From: Paragordius varius
Taxonomy: Eukaryota; Animalia; Nematomorpha
NCBI GenBank assembly: GCA_964247055.1
Contig: OZ176054.1
Coordinates: 930,001 to 994,000, forward strand
Direction: 5' to 3'
DNA: 64,000 nt
The notes under the pieces: model-generated
Told to the model about the DNA's origin: nothing
Seen by the model: only the letters and a program-made list of their open reading frames with translations
The model's database searches: none
Program-made: the position numbers and the translations under genes
Shown here: in pieces, positions 11,761 to 25,064 of the stretch
Numbering within the stretch: the first letter of the stretch is position 1
How the letters are laid out: every line of letters begins with the position of its first letter

Positions 11761-14700
11761 TGGTCGCCGGTGAACAAAACTATTTTTTACAACATTCTCT
11801 TAGTAGGACTACATCAAAATATAGAGATAGTTTGACAAACTCTTTCATATCCGATTTTTACAACGATACTTTAAAAATTTATATTAAACTAGTCGCATCA
11901 ATACTCAAGTTAAACTTTGTCCTTAAAAATCGGATATTGGTCACCGGTGAACAAAACTATTTTTTATACATTCTCTTAGTAAGACTATATCAAAATATAG
12001 AGATAGTTTGACAAACTCTTTCATATCCGATTTTTACAACGATACTTTAAAAATTAATGTATAGAACTAGTCGCGTTAAACTTTGTGCTAAAAATTCGTA
12101 TAGTGATCACCGGTGAACAAAATTATTTTTTATACATTCTCTTAGAAAGACTACAACAAAATATAGAGATAGTTTGACAAACTCTTTCATATCCGATTTT
12201 TACAACGATACTTTAAAATTAATGTATAAAACTAGTCGCATCAATACTCAAGTTAAACTTTGTCCTTAAAAATCGGATATTGGTAACCGGTGAACAAAAC
12301 TATTTTTTAAACATTCTCTTAGTAAGACTACATCAAAATATAGAGATAGTTTGACAAACTGATTCATATCCGATTTTTACAACGATACTTTAAAAATTAA
12401 TGTATAGAACTAGTCGCGTTATACTTTGTCCTAAAAATTCGTATATTGATCACCGGTGAACAAAATTATTTTTTATACATTATCTTAGTAAGACTACAAC
12501 AAAATATAGAGATAGTTTGACAAACTCTTTCATATCCGATTTTTACAACGATACTTTAAAAATTAATGTATAAAACTAGTCCCATCAATACTCAAGTTTA
12601 ACTTTGTCCTTAAAAATCGGATATTGGTCGCCGGTGAACAAAACTATTTTTTATACATTCTCTTAGTAAGACTACATCAAAATATAGAGATAGTTTGACA
12701 AACTCTTTCATATCCGATTTTTACAACGATACTTTAAAAATTAATGTATAGAACTAGTCGCGTTAAACTTTGTCCAAAAAATTCGGATATTGGTCACCGG
12801 TGAACAAAACTATTTTTTATACGTTCTCTTAGTAAGACTACATCAAAATATAGAGATAGTTTGACAAACTCTTTCATATCCGATTTTTACAACGATATTT
12901 TAAAAATTAATGTATAAAACTAGTCGCATCAATACTCAAGTTTTTGTCCTTAAAAATCGGATATTGGTCAACGGTGAACAAAATTATTATACATTCTCTT
13001 AGTAAGACTACATCAAAATATAGAGATAGTTTGACAAACTCTTTCATATCCGATTTTTACAACGATACTTTAAAAATTAATGTATAAAACTAGTCGCGTT
13101 AAACTTTGTCCTAAAAATTCGGATATTGATCACCGGTGAACAAAATTATTTTTTATACATTTTCTTAGTAAGACTACAACAAAATATAGAGATAGTTGAA
13201 CAAACTCTTTCATATCCGATTTTTACAACGATACTTTAAATATTAATGTATAAAACTAGTCGCATCAATACTCAAGTTAAACTTTGTCCTTAAAAATCGG
13301 ATATTGGTCGCCGGTGAACAAAACTATTTTTTATACGTTCTCTTAGTAAGACTACATGAAAATATAGAGATAGTTTGACAAACTCTTTCATATCCGATTT
13401 TTACAACGATACTTTAAAAATTAATGTATAAAACTAGTCGCGTTAAACTTTGTCCTAAAAATTGGGATATTGATCACCGGTGAACAAAATTATTTTTTAT
13501 ACATTATCTTAGTAAGACTACAACAAAATATAGAGATAGTTTGACAAACTCTTTCATATCCGATTTTTACAACGATACTTTAAAAATTAATGTATAAAAC
13601 TAGTCCCATCAATACTCAAGTTTAACTTTGTCCTTAAAAATCGGATATTGGTCACCGGTGAACAAAATTATTTTTTATACATTCTCTTATTAAGACTACA
13701 TCAAAATATAGAGATAGTTTGACAAACTCTTTCATATCCGATTTTTACAACGATACTTTTAAAATTAATATATTAAACTAGTCGCATCAATACTCAAGTT
13801 AAACTTTGTCCTTAAAAATCGGATATTGGTCACCGGTGAACAAAACTATTTTTTATACATTCTCTTAGTAAGACTACATCAAAATATAGAGATAGTTTGA
13901 CAAACTCTTTCATATCCGATTTTTACAACGATACTTTAAAAATTAATGTATAGAACTAGTCGCGTTAAACTTTGTCCTAAAAATTCGTATTGATCACCGG
14001 TGAACAAAATTATTTTTTATACATTCTCTTAGTAAGACTACAACAAAATATAGAGATAGTTTGACAAACTCTTTCATATCCGATTTTTACAACGATACTT
14101 TAAAATTAATGTATAAAACTAGTCGCATCAATACTCAAGTTAAACTTTGTCCTTAAAAATCGGATATTGGTCACCGGTGAACAAAACTATTTTTTATACA
14201 TTCTCTTAGTAAGACTACATCAAAATATAGAGATAGTTTGACAAACTCTTTCATATCCGATTTTTACAACGATACTTTAAAAATTAATGTATAGAACTAG
14301 TCGCGTTATACTTTGTCCTAAAAATTCATATTGATCACCGGTGAACAAAATTATTTTTTATACATTCTCTTAGTAAGACTACAACAAAATATAGAGATAG
14401 TTTGACAAACTCTTTCATATCCGATTTTTACAACGATAGTTTAAAAATTCATGTATAAAACTAGTCGCATCAATAATCAAGTTAAACTTGTCCTTAAAAA
14501 TCGGATATTGGTCGCCGGTGAACAAAACTATTTTTTATACGTTCTCTTAGTAAGACTACATCAAAATATAGAGATAGTTTGACAAACTCTTTCATATCCG
14601 ATTTTTACAACGATACTTTAAAAATTAATGTATAGAACTAGTCAAACTTTGTCCTAAAAATTCGTATATTGATCACCGGTGAACAAAACTATTTTTTATA

Positions 14701-15461
14701 CATTCTCTTAGTAAGACTACATCAAAATATAGAGATAGTTTGACAAACTCTTTCATATCCGATTTTTACAACGATACTTTAAAAATCAATGTATAAAACT
14801 AGTCGCGTTAAACTTTGTCCTAAAAATTGGGATATTGATTACCGGTGAACAAAATTATTTTTTATACATTCTCTTAGTAAGACTACAATAAAGTATAGAG
14901 ATAGTTTGACAAACTCTTTCATATCCGATTTTTACAACGATACTTTAAATTAATGTATAATACTAGTCGCATCAATACTCAAGTTAATCTTTGTCCTTAA
15001 AAATCGGATATTGGTCACCGGTGAACAAAATTATTTTTTATACATCCTCTTATTAAGACTACATCAAAATATAGAGATAGTTTGACAAACTCTTTCATAT
15101 CCGATTTTTACAACGATACTTTAAAAATTAATGTATAGAACTAGTCGCGTTAAACTTTGTCCTAAAAATTCGTATAGTGATCACCGGTGAACAAAATTAT
15201 TTTTTATACATTCTCTTAGTAAGACTACAACAAAATATAGAGATAGTTTGACAAACTCTTTCATATCCGATTTTTACAACGATACTTTAAAATTAATGTA
15301 TAAAACTAGTCGCATCAATACTCAAGTTAAACTTTGTCCTTAAAAATCGGATATTGGTAACCGGTGAACAAAACTATTTTTTATACATTCTCTTAGTAAG
15401 ACTACATCAAAATATAGAGATAGTTTGACAAACTCTTTCATATCCGATTTTTACAACGATA

Positions 15462-18400
15462 CTTTAAAAATTAATGTATAGAACTAGTCGCGTTATACTT
15501 TGTCCTAAAAATTCGTATATTGATCACCGGTGAACAAAATTATTTTTTATACATTATCTTAGTAAGACTACAACAAAATATAGAGATAGTTTGACAAACT
15601 CTTTCATATCCGATTTTTACAACGATACTTTAAAAATTAATGTATAAAACTAGTCCCATCAATACTCAAGTTTAACTTTGTCCTTAAAAATCGGATATTG
15701 GTCACCGGTGAACAAAATTATTTTTTATACATTCTCTTATTAAGACTACATCAAAATATAGAGATAGTTTGACAAACTCTTTCATATCCGATTTTTACAA
15801 CGATACTTTTAAAATTAATATATTAAACTAGTCGCATCAATACTCAAGTTAAACTTTGTCCTTAAAAATCGGATATTGGTCACCGGTGAACAAAACTATT
15901 TTTTATACATTCTCTTAGTAAGACTACATCAAAATATAGAGATAGTTTGACAAACTCTTTCATATCCGATTTTTACAACGATACTTTAAAAATTAATGTA
16001 TAGAACTAGTCGCGTTAAACTTTGTCCTAAAAATTCGTATAGTGATCACCGGTGAACAAAATTATTTTTTATACATTCTCTTAGTAAGACTACAACAAAA
16101 TATAGAGATAGTTTGACAAACTCTTTCATATCCGATTTTTACAACGATACTTTAAAATTAATGTATAAAACTAGTCGCATCAATACTCAAGTTAAACTTT
16201 GTCCTTAAAAATCGGATATTGGTCACCGGTGAACAAAACTATTTTTTATACATTCTCTTAGTAAGACTACATCAAAATATAGAGATAGTTTGACAAACTC
16301 TTTCATATCCGATTTTTACAACGATACTTTAAAAATTAATGTATAGAACTAGTCGCGTTATACTTTGTCCTAAGAATTCATATTGATCACAGGTGAACAA
16401 AATTATTTTTTATACATTCTCTTAGTAAGACTACAACAAAATATAGAGATAGTTTGACAAACTCTTTCATATCCGATTTTTACAACGATACTTTAAAAAT
16501 TCATGTATAAAACTAGTCGCATCAATACTCAAGTTAAACTTGTCCTTAAAAATCGGATATTGGTCGCCGGTGAACAAAACTATTTTTTATACGTTCTCTT
16601 AGTAAGACTACATCAAAATATAGAGATAGTTTGACAAACTCTTTCATATCCGATTTTTACAACGATACTTTAAAAATTAATGTATAGAACTAGTCGCATC
16701 AATACTCAAGTAAAACTTTATCCTTAAAAATCGGATATTGGTTGCCGGTAAAGAAAATTATTTTTTATACATTCTCTTAGTAAGACTACATCAAAATATA
16801 GAGATAGTTTGACAAACTCTTTCATATCCGATTTTTACAACGATACTTTAAAAATTAATGTATAGAACTAGTCAAACTTTGTCCTAAAAATTCGTATATT
16901 GATCACCGGTGAACAAAACTATTTTTTATACATTCTCTTAGTAAGACTACATCAAAATATAGAGATAGTTTGACAAACTCTTTTATATCCGATTTTTACA
17001 ACGATACTTTAAAAATCAATGTATAGAACTAGTCGCGTTATACTTTGTCCTAAAAATTCGTATATTGATCACCGGTGAACAAAATTATTTTTTATACATT
17101 ATCTTAGTAAGACTACAACAAAATATAGAGATAGTTTGACAAACTCTTTCATATCCGATTTTTACAACGATACTTTAAAAATTAATGTATAAAACTAGTC
17201 CCATCAATACTCAAGTTTAACTTTGTCCTTAAAAATCGGATATTGGTCACCGGTGAACAAAATTATTTTTTATACATTCTCTTATTAAGACTACATCAAA
17301 ATATAGAGATAGTTTGACAAACTCTTTCATATCCGATTTTTACAACGATACTTTTAAAATTAATATATTAAACTAGTCGCATCAATACTCAAGTTAAACT
17401 TTGTCCTTAAAAATCGGATATTGGTCACCGGTGAACAAAACTATTTTTTATACATTCTCTTAGTAAGACTACATCAAAATATAGAGATAGTTTGACAAAC
17501 TCTTTCATATCCGATTTTTACAACGATACTTTAAAAATTAATGTATAGAACTAGTCGCGTTAAACTTTGTCCTAAAATTTCGTATAGTGATCACCGGTGA
17601 ACAAAATTATTTTTTATACATTCTCTTAGTAAGACTACAACAAAATATAGAGATAGTTTGACAAACTCTTTCATATCCGATTTTTACAACGATACTTTAA
17701 AATTAATGTATAAAACTAGTCGCATCAATACTCAAGTTAAACTTTGTCCTTAAAAATCGGATATTGGTCACCGGTGAACAAAACTATTTTTTATACATTC
17801 TCTTAGTAAGACTACATCAAAATATAGAGATAGTTTGACAAACTCTTTCATATCCGATTTTTACAACGATACTTTAAAAATTAATGTATAGAACTAGTCG
17901 CGTTATACTTTGTCCTAAAAATTCATATTGATCACCGGTGAACAAAATTATTTTTTATACATTCTCTTAGTAAGACTACAACAAAATATAGAGATAGTTT
18001 GACAAACTCTTTCATATCCGATTTTTACAACGATACTTTAAAAATTCATGTATAAAACTAGTCGCATCAATACTCAAGTTAAACTTGTCCTTAAAAATCG
18101 GATATTTATCGCCGGTGAACAAAACTATTTTTTATACGTTTTCTTAGTAAGACTACATCAAAATATAGAGATAGTTTGACAAACTCTTTCATATCCGATT
18201 TTTACAACGATACTTTAAAAATTAATGTATAGAACTAGTCGCATCAATACTCAAGTAAAACTTTATCCTTAAAAATCGGATATTGGTTGCCGGTAAAGAA
18301 AATTATTTTTTATACATTCTCTTAGTAAGACTACATCAAAATATAGAGATAGTTTGACAAACTCTTTCATATCCGATTTTTACAACGATACTTTAAAAAT

Positions 18401-18551
18401 TAATGTATAGAACTAGTCAAACTTTGTCCTAAAAATTCGTATATTGATCACCGGTGAACAAAACTATTTTTTATACATTCTCTTAGTAAGACTACATCAA
18501 AATATAGAGATAGTTTGACAAACTCTTTCATATCCGATTTTTACAACGATA
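15462..18551. repeat. 9-monomer HOR, 1545 bp, 2 copies
   Basis: Markers at +1545: ACATTATCTT (15551/17096), GTCCCATC (15655/17200), TAGTGATC (16041/17586), GGTTGCCGGTAAAG (16740/18285). Monomer lengths 166+178+178+166+177+164+177+178+161 sum to 1545. Confidence 0.9.
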
Positions 18552-19746
18552 TTTTAAAAATCAATGTATAAAACTAGAAACTTTGTCCTAAAAATTGGGA
18601 TATTGATTACCGGTGAACAAAATTATTTTTTATACATTCTCTTAGTAAGACTACAATAAAGTATAGAGATAGTTTGACAAACTCTTTCATATCCGATTTT
18701 TACAACGATACTTTAAATTAATGTATAAAACTAGTCGCATCAATACTCAAGTTAATCTTTGTCCTTAAAAATCGGATATTGGTCACCGGTGAACAAAATT
18801 ATTTTTTATACATTCTCTTATTAAGACTACATCAAAATATAGAGATAGTTTGACAAACTCTTTCATATCCGATTTTTACAACGATACTTTAAAAATTAAT
18901 GTATAGAACTAGTCGCGTTAAACTTTGTCCTAAAAATTCGTATAGTGATCACCGGTGAACAAAATTATTTTTTATACATTCTCTTAGTAAGACTACAACA
19001 AAATATAGAGATAGTTTGACAAACTCTTTCATATCCGATTTTTACAACGATACTTTAAAATTAATGTATAAAACTAGTCGCATCAATACTCAAGTTAAAC
19101 TTTGTCCTTAAAAATCGGATATTGGTCACCGGTGAACAAAACTATTTTTTATACATTCTCTTAGTAAGACTACATCAAAATATAGAGATAGTTTGACAAA
19201 CTCTTTCATATCCGATTTTTACAACGATACTTTAAAAATTAATGTATAGAACTAGTCGCATCAATACTCAAGTAAAACTTTATCCTTAAAAATCGGATAT
19301 TGGTTGCCGGTAAAGAAAATTATTTTTTATACATTCTCTTAGTAAGACTACATCAAAATATAGAGATAGTTTGACAAACTCTTTAATATCCGATTTTTAC
19401 AACGATACTTTAAAAATTAATGTATAGAACTAGTCGCATCAATACTCAAGTAAAACTTTATCCTTAAAAATCGGATATTGGTTGCCGGTAAAGAAAATTA
19501 TTTTTTATACATTCTCTTAGTAAGACTACATCAAAATATAGAGATAGTTTGACAAACTCTTTCATATCCGATTTTTACAACGATACTTTAAAAATTAATG
19601 TATAGAACTAGTCAAACTTTGTCCTAAAAATTCGTATATTGATCACCGGTGAACAAAATTATTTTTTATACATTCTCTTAGTAAGACTACAACAAAATAT
19701 AAAGATAGTTTGACAAACTCTTTCATATCCGATTTTTACAACGATA

Positions 19747-21980
19747 CTTTAAAAATTCATGTATAAAACTAGTCGCATCAATACTCAAGTTAAACTTTGT
19801 CCTTAAAAATCGGATATTGGTCGCCGGTGAACAAAACTATTTTTTATACATTCTCTTAGTAAGACTACATCAAAATATAGAGATAGTTTGACAAACTCTT
19901 TCATATCCGATTTTTACAACGATACTTTAAAAATCAATGTATAAAACTAGTCGCGTTAAACTTTGTCCTAAAAATTGGGATATTGATTACCGGTGAACAA
20001 AATTATTTTTTATACATTCTCTTAGTAAGACTACAATAAAGTATACAGATAGTTTGACAAACTCTTTCATATCCGATTTTTACAACGATACTTTAAATTA
20101 ATGTATAAAACTAGTCGCATCAATACTCAAGTTAATCTTTGTCCTTAAAAATCGGATATTGGTCACCGGTGAACAAAATTATTTTTTATACATTCTCTTA
20201 TTAAGACTACATCAAAATATAGAGATAGTTTGACAAACTCTTTCATATCCGATTTTTACAACGATACTTTAAAAATTAATGTATAGAACTAGTCGCGTTA
20301 AACTTTGTCCTAAAAATTCGTATATTGATCACCGGTGAACAAAATTATTTTTTATACAATCTCTTAGTAAGACTACAATAAAGTATAGAGATAGTTTGAC
20401 AAACTCTTTCATCCGATTTTTACAACGATACTTTAAAAATTAATGTATAAAACTAGTCGCATCAATACTCAAGTTAAACTTTGTCCTTAAAAATCGGATA
20501 TTGGTCACCGGTGAACAAAACTATTTTTTATACATTCTCTTAGTAAGACTACATCAAAATATAGAGATAGTTTGACAAACTCTTTCATATCCGATTTTTA
20601 CAACGATACTTTAAAAATTAATGTATAGAACTAGTCGCGTTAAACTTTGTCCTAAAAATTCGTATATTGATCACCGGTGAACAAAATTATTTTTTATACA
20701 TTCTCTTAGTAAGACTACAACAAAATATAGAGATAGTTTGACAAACTCTTTCATATCCGATTTTTACAACGATACTTTAAAAATTAATGTATAAAACTAG
20801 TCCCATCAATACTCAAGTTTAACTTTGTCCTTAAAAATCGGATATTGGTCACCGGTGAACAAAATTATTTTTTATACATTCTCTTATTAAGACTACATCA
20901 AAATATAGAGATAGTTTGACAAACTCTTTCATATCCGATTTTTACAACGATACTTTTAAAATTAATATATTAAACTAGTCGCATCAATACTCAAGTTAAA
21001 CTTTGTCCTTAATAATCGGATATTGGTCACCGGTGAACAAAACTATTTTTTATACATTCTCTTAGTAAGACTACATCAAAATATAGAGATAGTTTGACAA
21101 ACTCTTTCATATCCGATTTTTACAACGATACTTTAAAAATTAATGTATAGAACTAGTCGCGTTAAACTTTGTCCTAAAAATTCGTATATTGATCACCGGT
21201 GAACAAAATTATTTTTTATACATTCTCTTAGTAAGACTACAACAAAATATAGAGATAGTTTGACAAACTCTTTCATATCCGATTTTTACAACGATACTTT
21301 AAAAATTCATGTATAAAACTAGTCGCATCAATACTCAAGTTAAACTTTGTCCTTAAAAATCGGATATTGGTCGCCGGTGAACAAAACTATTTTTTATACA
21401 TTCTCTTAGTAAGACTACATCAAAATATAGAGATAGTTTGACAAACTCTTTCATATCCGATTTTTACAACGATACTTTAAAAATCAATGTATAAAACTAG
21501 TCGCGTTAAACTTTGTCCTAAAAATTGGGATATTGATTACCGGTGAACAAAATTATTTTTTATACATTCTCTTAGTAAGACTACAATAAAGTATAGAGAT
21601 AGTTTGACAAACTCTTTCATATCCGATTTTTACAACGATACTTTAAATTAATGTATAAAACTAGTCGCATCAATACTCAAGTTAATCTTTGTCCTTAAAA
21701 ATCGGATATTGGTCACCGGTGAACAAAATTATTTTTTATACATTCTCTTATTAAGACTACATCAAAATATAGAGATAGTTTGACAAACTCTTTCATATCC
21801 GATTTTTACAACGATACTTTAAAAATTAATGTATAGAACTAGTCGCGTTAAACTTTGTCCTAAAAATTCGTATATTGATCACCGGTGAACAAAATTATTT
21901 TTTATACATTCTCTTAGTAAGACTACAATAAAGTATAGAGATAGTTTGACAAACTCTTTCATCCGATTTTTACAACGATA
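19747..21980. repeat. 9-monomer HOR, 1550 bp (about 1.4 copies here; the block is re-duplicated at about 23.35-25.9 kb, offset 3938)
   Basis: TTCATGTAT monomer starts at 19747/21297 and AATTGGG at 19977/21527. The private variant AATATAAAGATAG at 19701/23639 gives the 3938 offset. Confidence 0.82.
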
Positions 21981-24900
21981 CTTTAAAAATTAATGTATAG
22001 AACTAGTCGCGTTATACTTTGTCCTAAAAATTCATATTGATCACCGGTGAACAAAATTATTTTTTATACATTCTCTTAGTAAGACTACAACAAAATATAG
22101 AGATAGTTTGACAAACTCTTTCATATCCGATTTTTACAACGATACTTTAAAAATTCATGTATAAAACTAGTCGCATCAATACTCAAGTTAAACTTGTCCT
22201 TAAAAATCGGATATTGGTCGCCGGTGAACAAAACTATTTTTTATACGTTCTCTTAGTAAGACTACATCAAAATATAGAGATAGTTTGACAAACTCTTTCA
22301 TATCCGATTTTTACAACGATACTTTAAAAATTAATGTATAGAACTAGTCGCGTTATACTTTGTCCTAAAAATTCATATTGATCACCGGTGAACAAAATTA
22401 TTTTTTATACATTCTCTTAGTAAGACTACAACAAAATATAGAGATAGTTTGACAAACTCTTTCATATCCGATTTTTACAACGATACTTTAAAAATTCATG
22501 TATAAAACTAGTCGCATCAATACTCAAGTTAAACTTTGTCCTTAAAAATCGGATATTGGTCGCCGGTGAACAAAACTATTTTTTATACATTCTCTTAGTA
22601 AGACTACATCAAAATATAGAGATAGTTTGACAAACTCTTTCATATCCGATTTTTACAACGATACTTTAAAAATCAATGTATAAAACTAGTCGCGTTAAAC
22701 TTTGTCCTAAAAATTGGGATATTGATTACCGGTGAACAAAATTATTTTTTATACATTCTCTTAGTAAGACTACAATAAAGTATAGAGATAGTTTGACAAA
22801 CTCTTTCATATCCGATTTTTACAACGATACTTTAAATTAATGTATAAAACTAGTCGCATCAATACTCAAGTTAAACTTTGTCCTTAAAAATCGGATATTG
22901 GTCACCGGTGAACAAAACTATTTTTTATACATTCTCTTAGTAAGACTACATCAAAATATAGAGATAGTTTGACAAACTCTTTCATATCCGATTTTTACAA
23001 CGATACTTTAAAAATTAATGTATAGAACTAGTCGCGTTATACTTTGTCCTAAAAATTCATATTGATCACCGGTGAACAAAATTATTTTTTATACATTCTC
23101 TTAGTAAGACTACAACAAAATATAGAGATAGTTTGACAAACTCTTTCATATCCGATTTTTACAACGATACTTTAAAAATTCATGTATAAAACTAGTCGCA
23201 TCAATACTCAAGTTAAACTTGTCCTTAAAAATCGGATATTGGTCGCCGGTGAACAAAACTATTTTTTATACGTTCTCTTAGTAAGACTACATCAAAATAT
23301 AGAGATAGTTTGACAAACTCTTTCATATCCGATTTTTACAACGATACTTTAAAAATTAATGTATAGAACTAGTCGCATCAATACTCAAGTAAAACTTTAT
23401 CCTTAAAAATCGGATATTGGTTGCCGGTAAAGAAAATTATTTTTTATACATTCTCTTAGTAAGACTACATCAAAATATAGAGATAGAAGACAAACTCTTT
23501 CATATCCGATTTTTACAACGATACTTTAAAAATTAATGTATAGAACTAGTCAAACTTTGTCCTAAAAATTCGTATATTGATCACCGGTGAACAAAATTAT
23601 TTTTTATACATTCTCTTAGTAAGACTACAACAAAATATAAAGATAGTTTGACAAACTCTTTCATATCCGATTTTTACAACGATACTTTAAAAATTCATGT
23701 ATAAAACTAGTCGCATCAATACTCAAGTTAAACTTTGTCCTTAAAAATCGGATATTGGTCGCCGGTGAACAAAACTATTTTTTATACATTCTCTTAGTAA
23801 GACTACATCAAAATATAGAGATAGTTTGACAAACTCTTTCATATCCGATTTTTACAACGATACTTTAAAAATCAATGTATAAAACTAGTCGCGTTAAACT
23901 TTGTCCTAAAAATTGGGATATTGATTACCGGTGAACAAAATTATTTTTTATACATTCTCTTAGTAAGACTACAATAAAGTATAGAGATAGTTTGACAAAC
24001 TCTTTCATATCCGATTTTTACAACGATACTTTAAATTAATGTATAAAACTAGTCGCATCAATACTCAAGTTAATCTTTGTCCTTAAAAATCGGATATTGG
24101 TCACCGGTGAACAAAATTATTTTTTATACATTCTCTTATTAAGACTACATCAAAATATAGAGATAGTTTGACAAACTCTTTCATATCCGATTTTTACAAC
24201 GATACTTTAAAAATTGTATAGAACTAGTCGCGTTAAACTTTGTCCTAAAAATTCGTATATTGATCACCGGTGAACAAAATTATTTTTTATACATTCTCTT
24301 AGTAAGACTACAATAAAGTATAGAGATAGTTTGACAAACTCTTTCATCCGATTTTTACAACGATACTTTAAAAATTAATGTATAAAACTAGTCACATCAA
24401 TACTCAAGTTAAACTTTGTCCTTAAAAATCGGATATTGGTCACCGGTGAACAAAACTATTTTTTATACATTCTCTTAGTAAGACTACATCAAAATATAGA
24501 GATAGTTTGACAAACTCTTTCATATCCGATTTTTACAACGATACTTTAAAAATTAATGTATAGAACTAGTCGCGTTAAACTTTGTCCTAAAAATTCCTAT
24601 ATTGATCACCGGTGAACAAAATTATTTTTTATACATTCTCTTAGTAAGACTACAACAAAATATAGAGATAGTTTGACAAACTCTTTCATATCCGATTTTT
24701 ACAGCGATACTTTAAAAATTAATGTATAAAACTAGTCCCATCAATACTCAAGTTTAACTTTGTCCTTAAAAATCGGATATTGGTCACCGGTGAACAAAAT
24801 TATTTTTTATACATTCTCTTATTAAGACTACATCAAAATATAGAGATAGTTTGACAAACTCTTTCATATCCGATTTTTACAACGATACTTTTAAAATTAA

Positions 24901-25064
24901 TATATTAAACTAGTCGCATCAATACTCAAGTTAAACTTTGTCCTTAAAAATCGGATATTGGTCACCGGTGAACAAAACTATTTTTTATACATTCTCTTAG
25001 TAAGACTACATCAATATATAGAGATAGTTTGACAAACTCTTTCATATCCGATTTTTACAACGAT

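Noticed and set aside
11760-12011. 83-aa ORF MVAGEQNYF...
   Set aside because: Paralogous repeat block of the 2990 ORF (offset 8770). The similarity reflects satellite duplication, not protein conservation.
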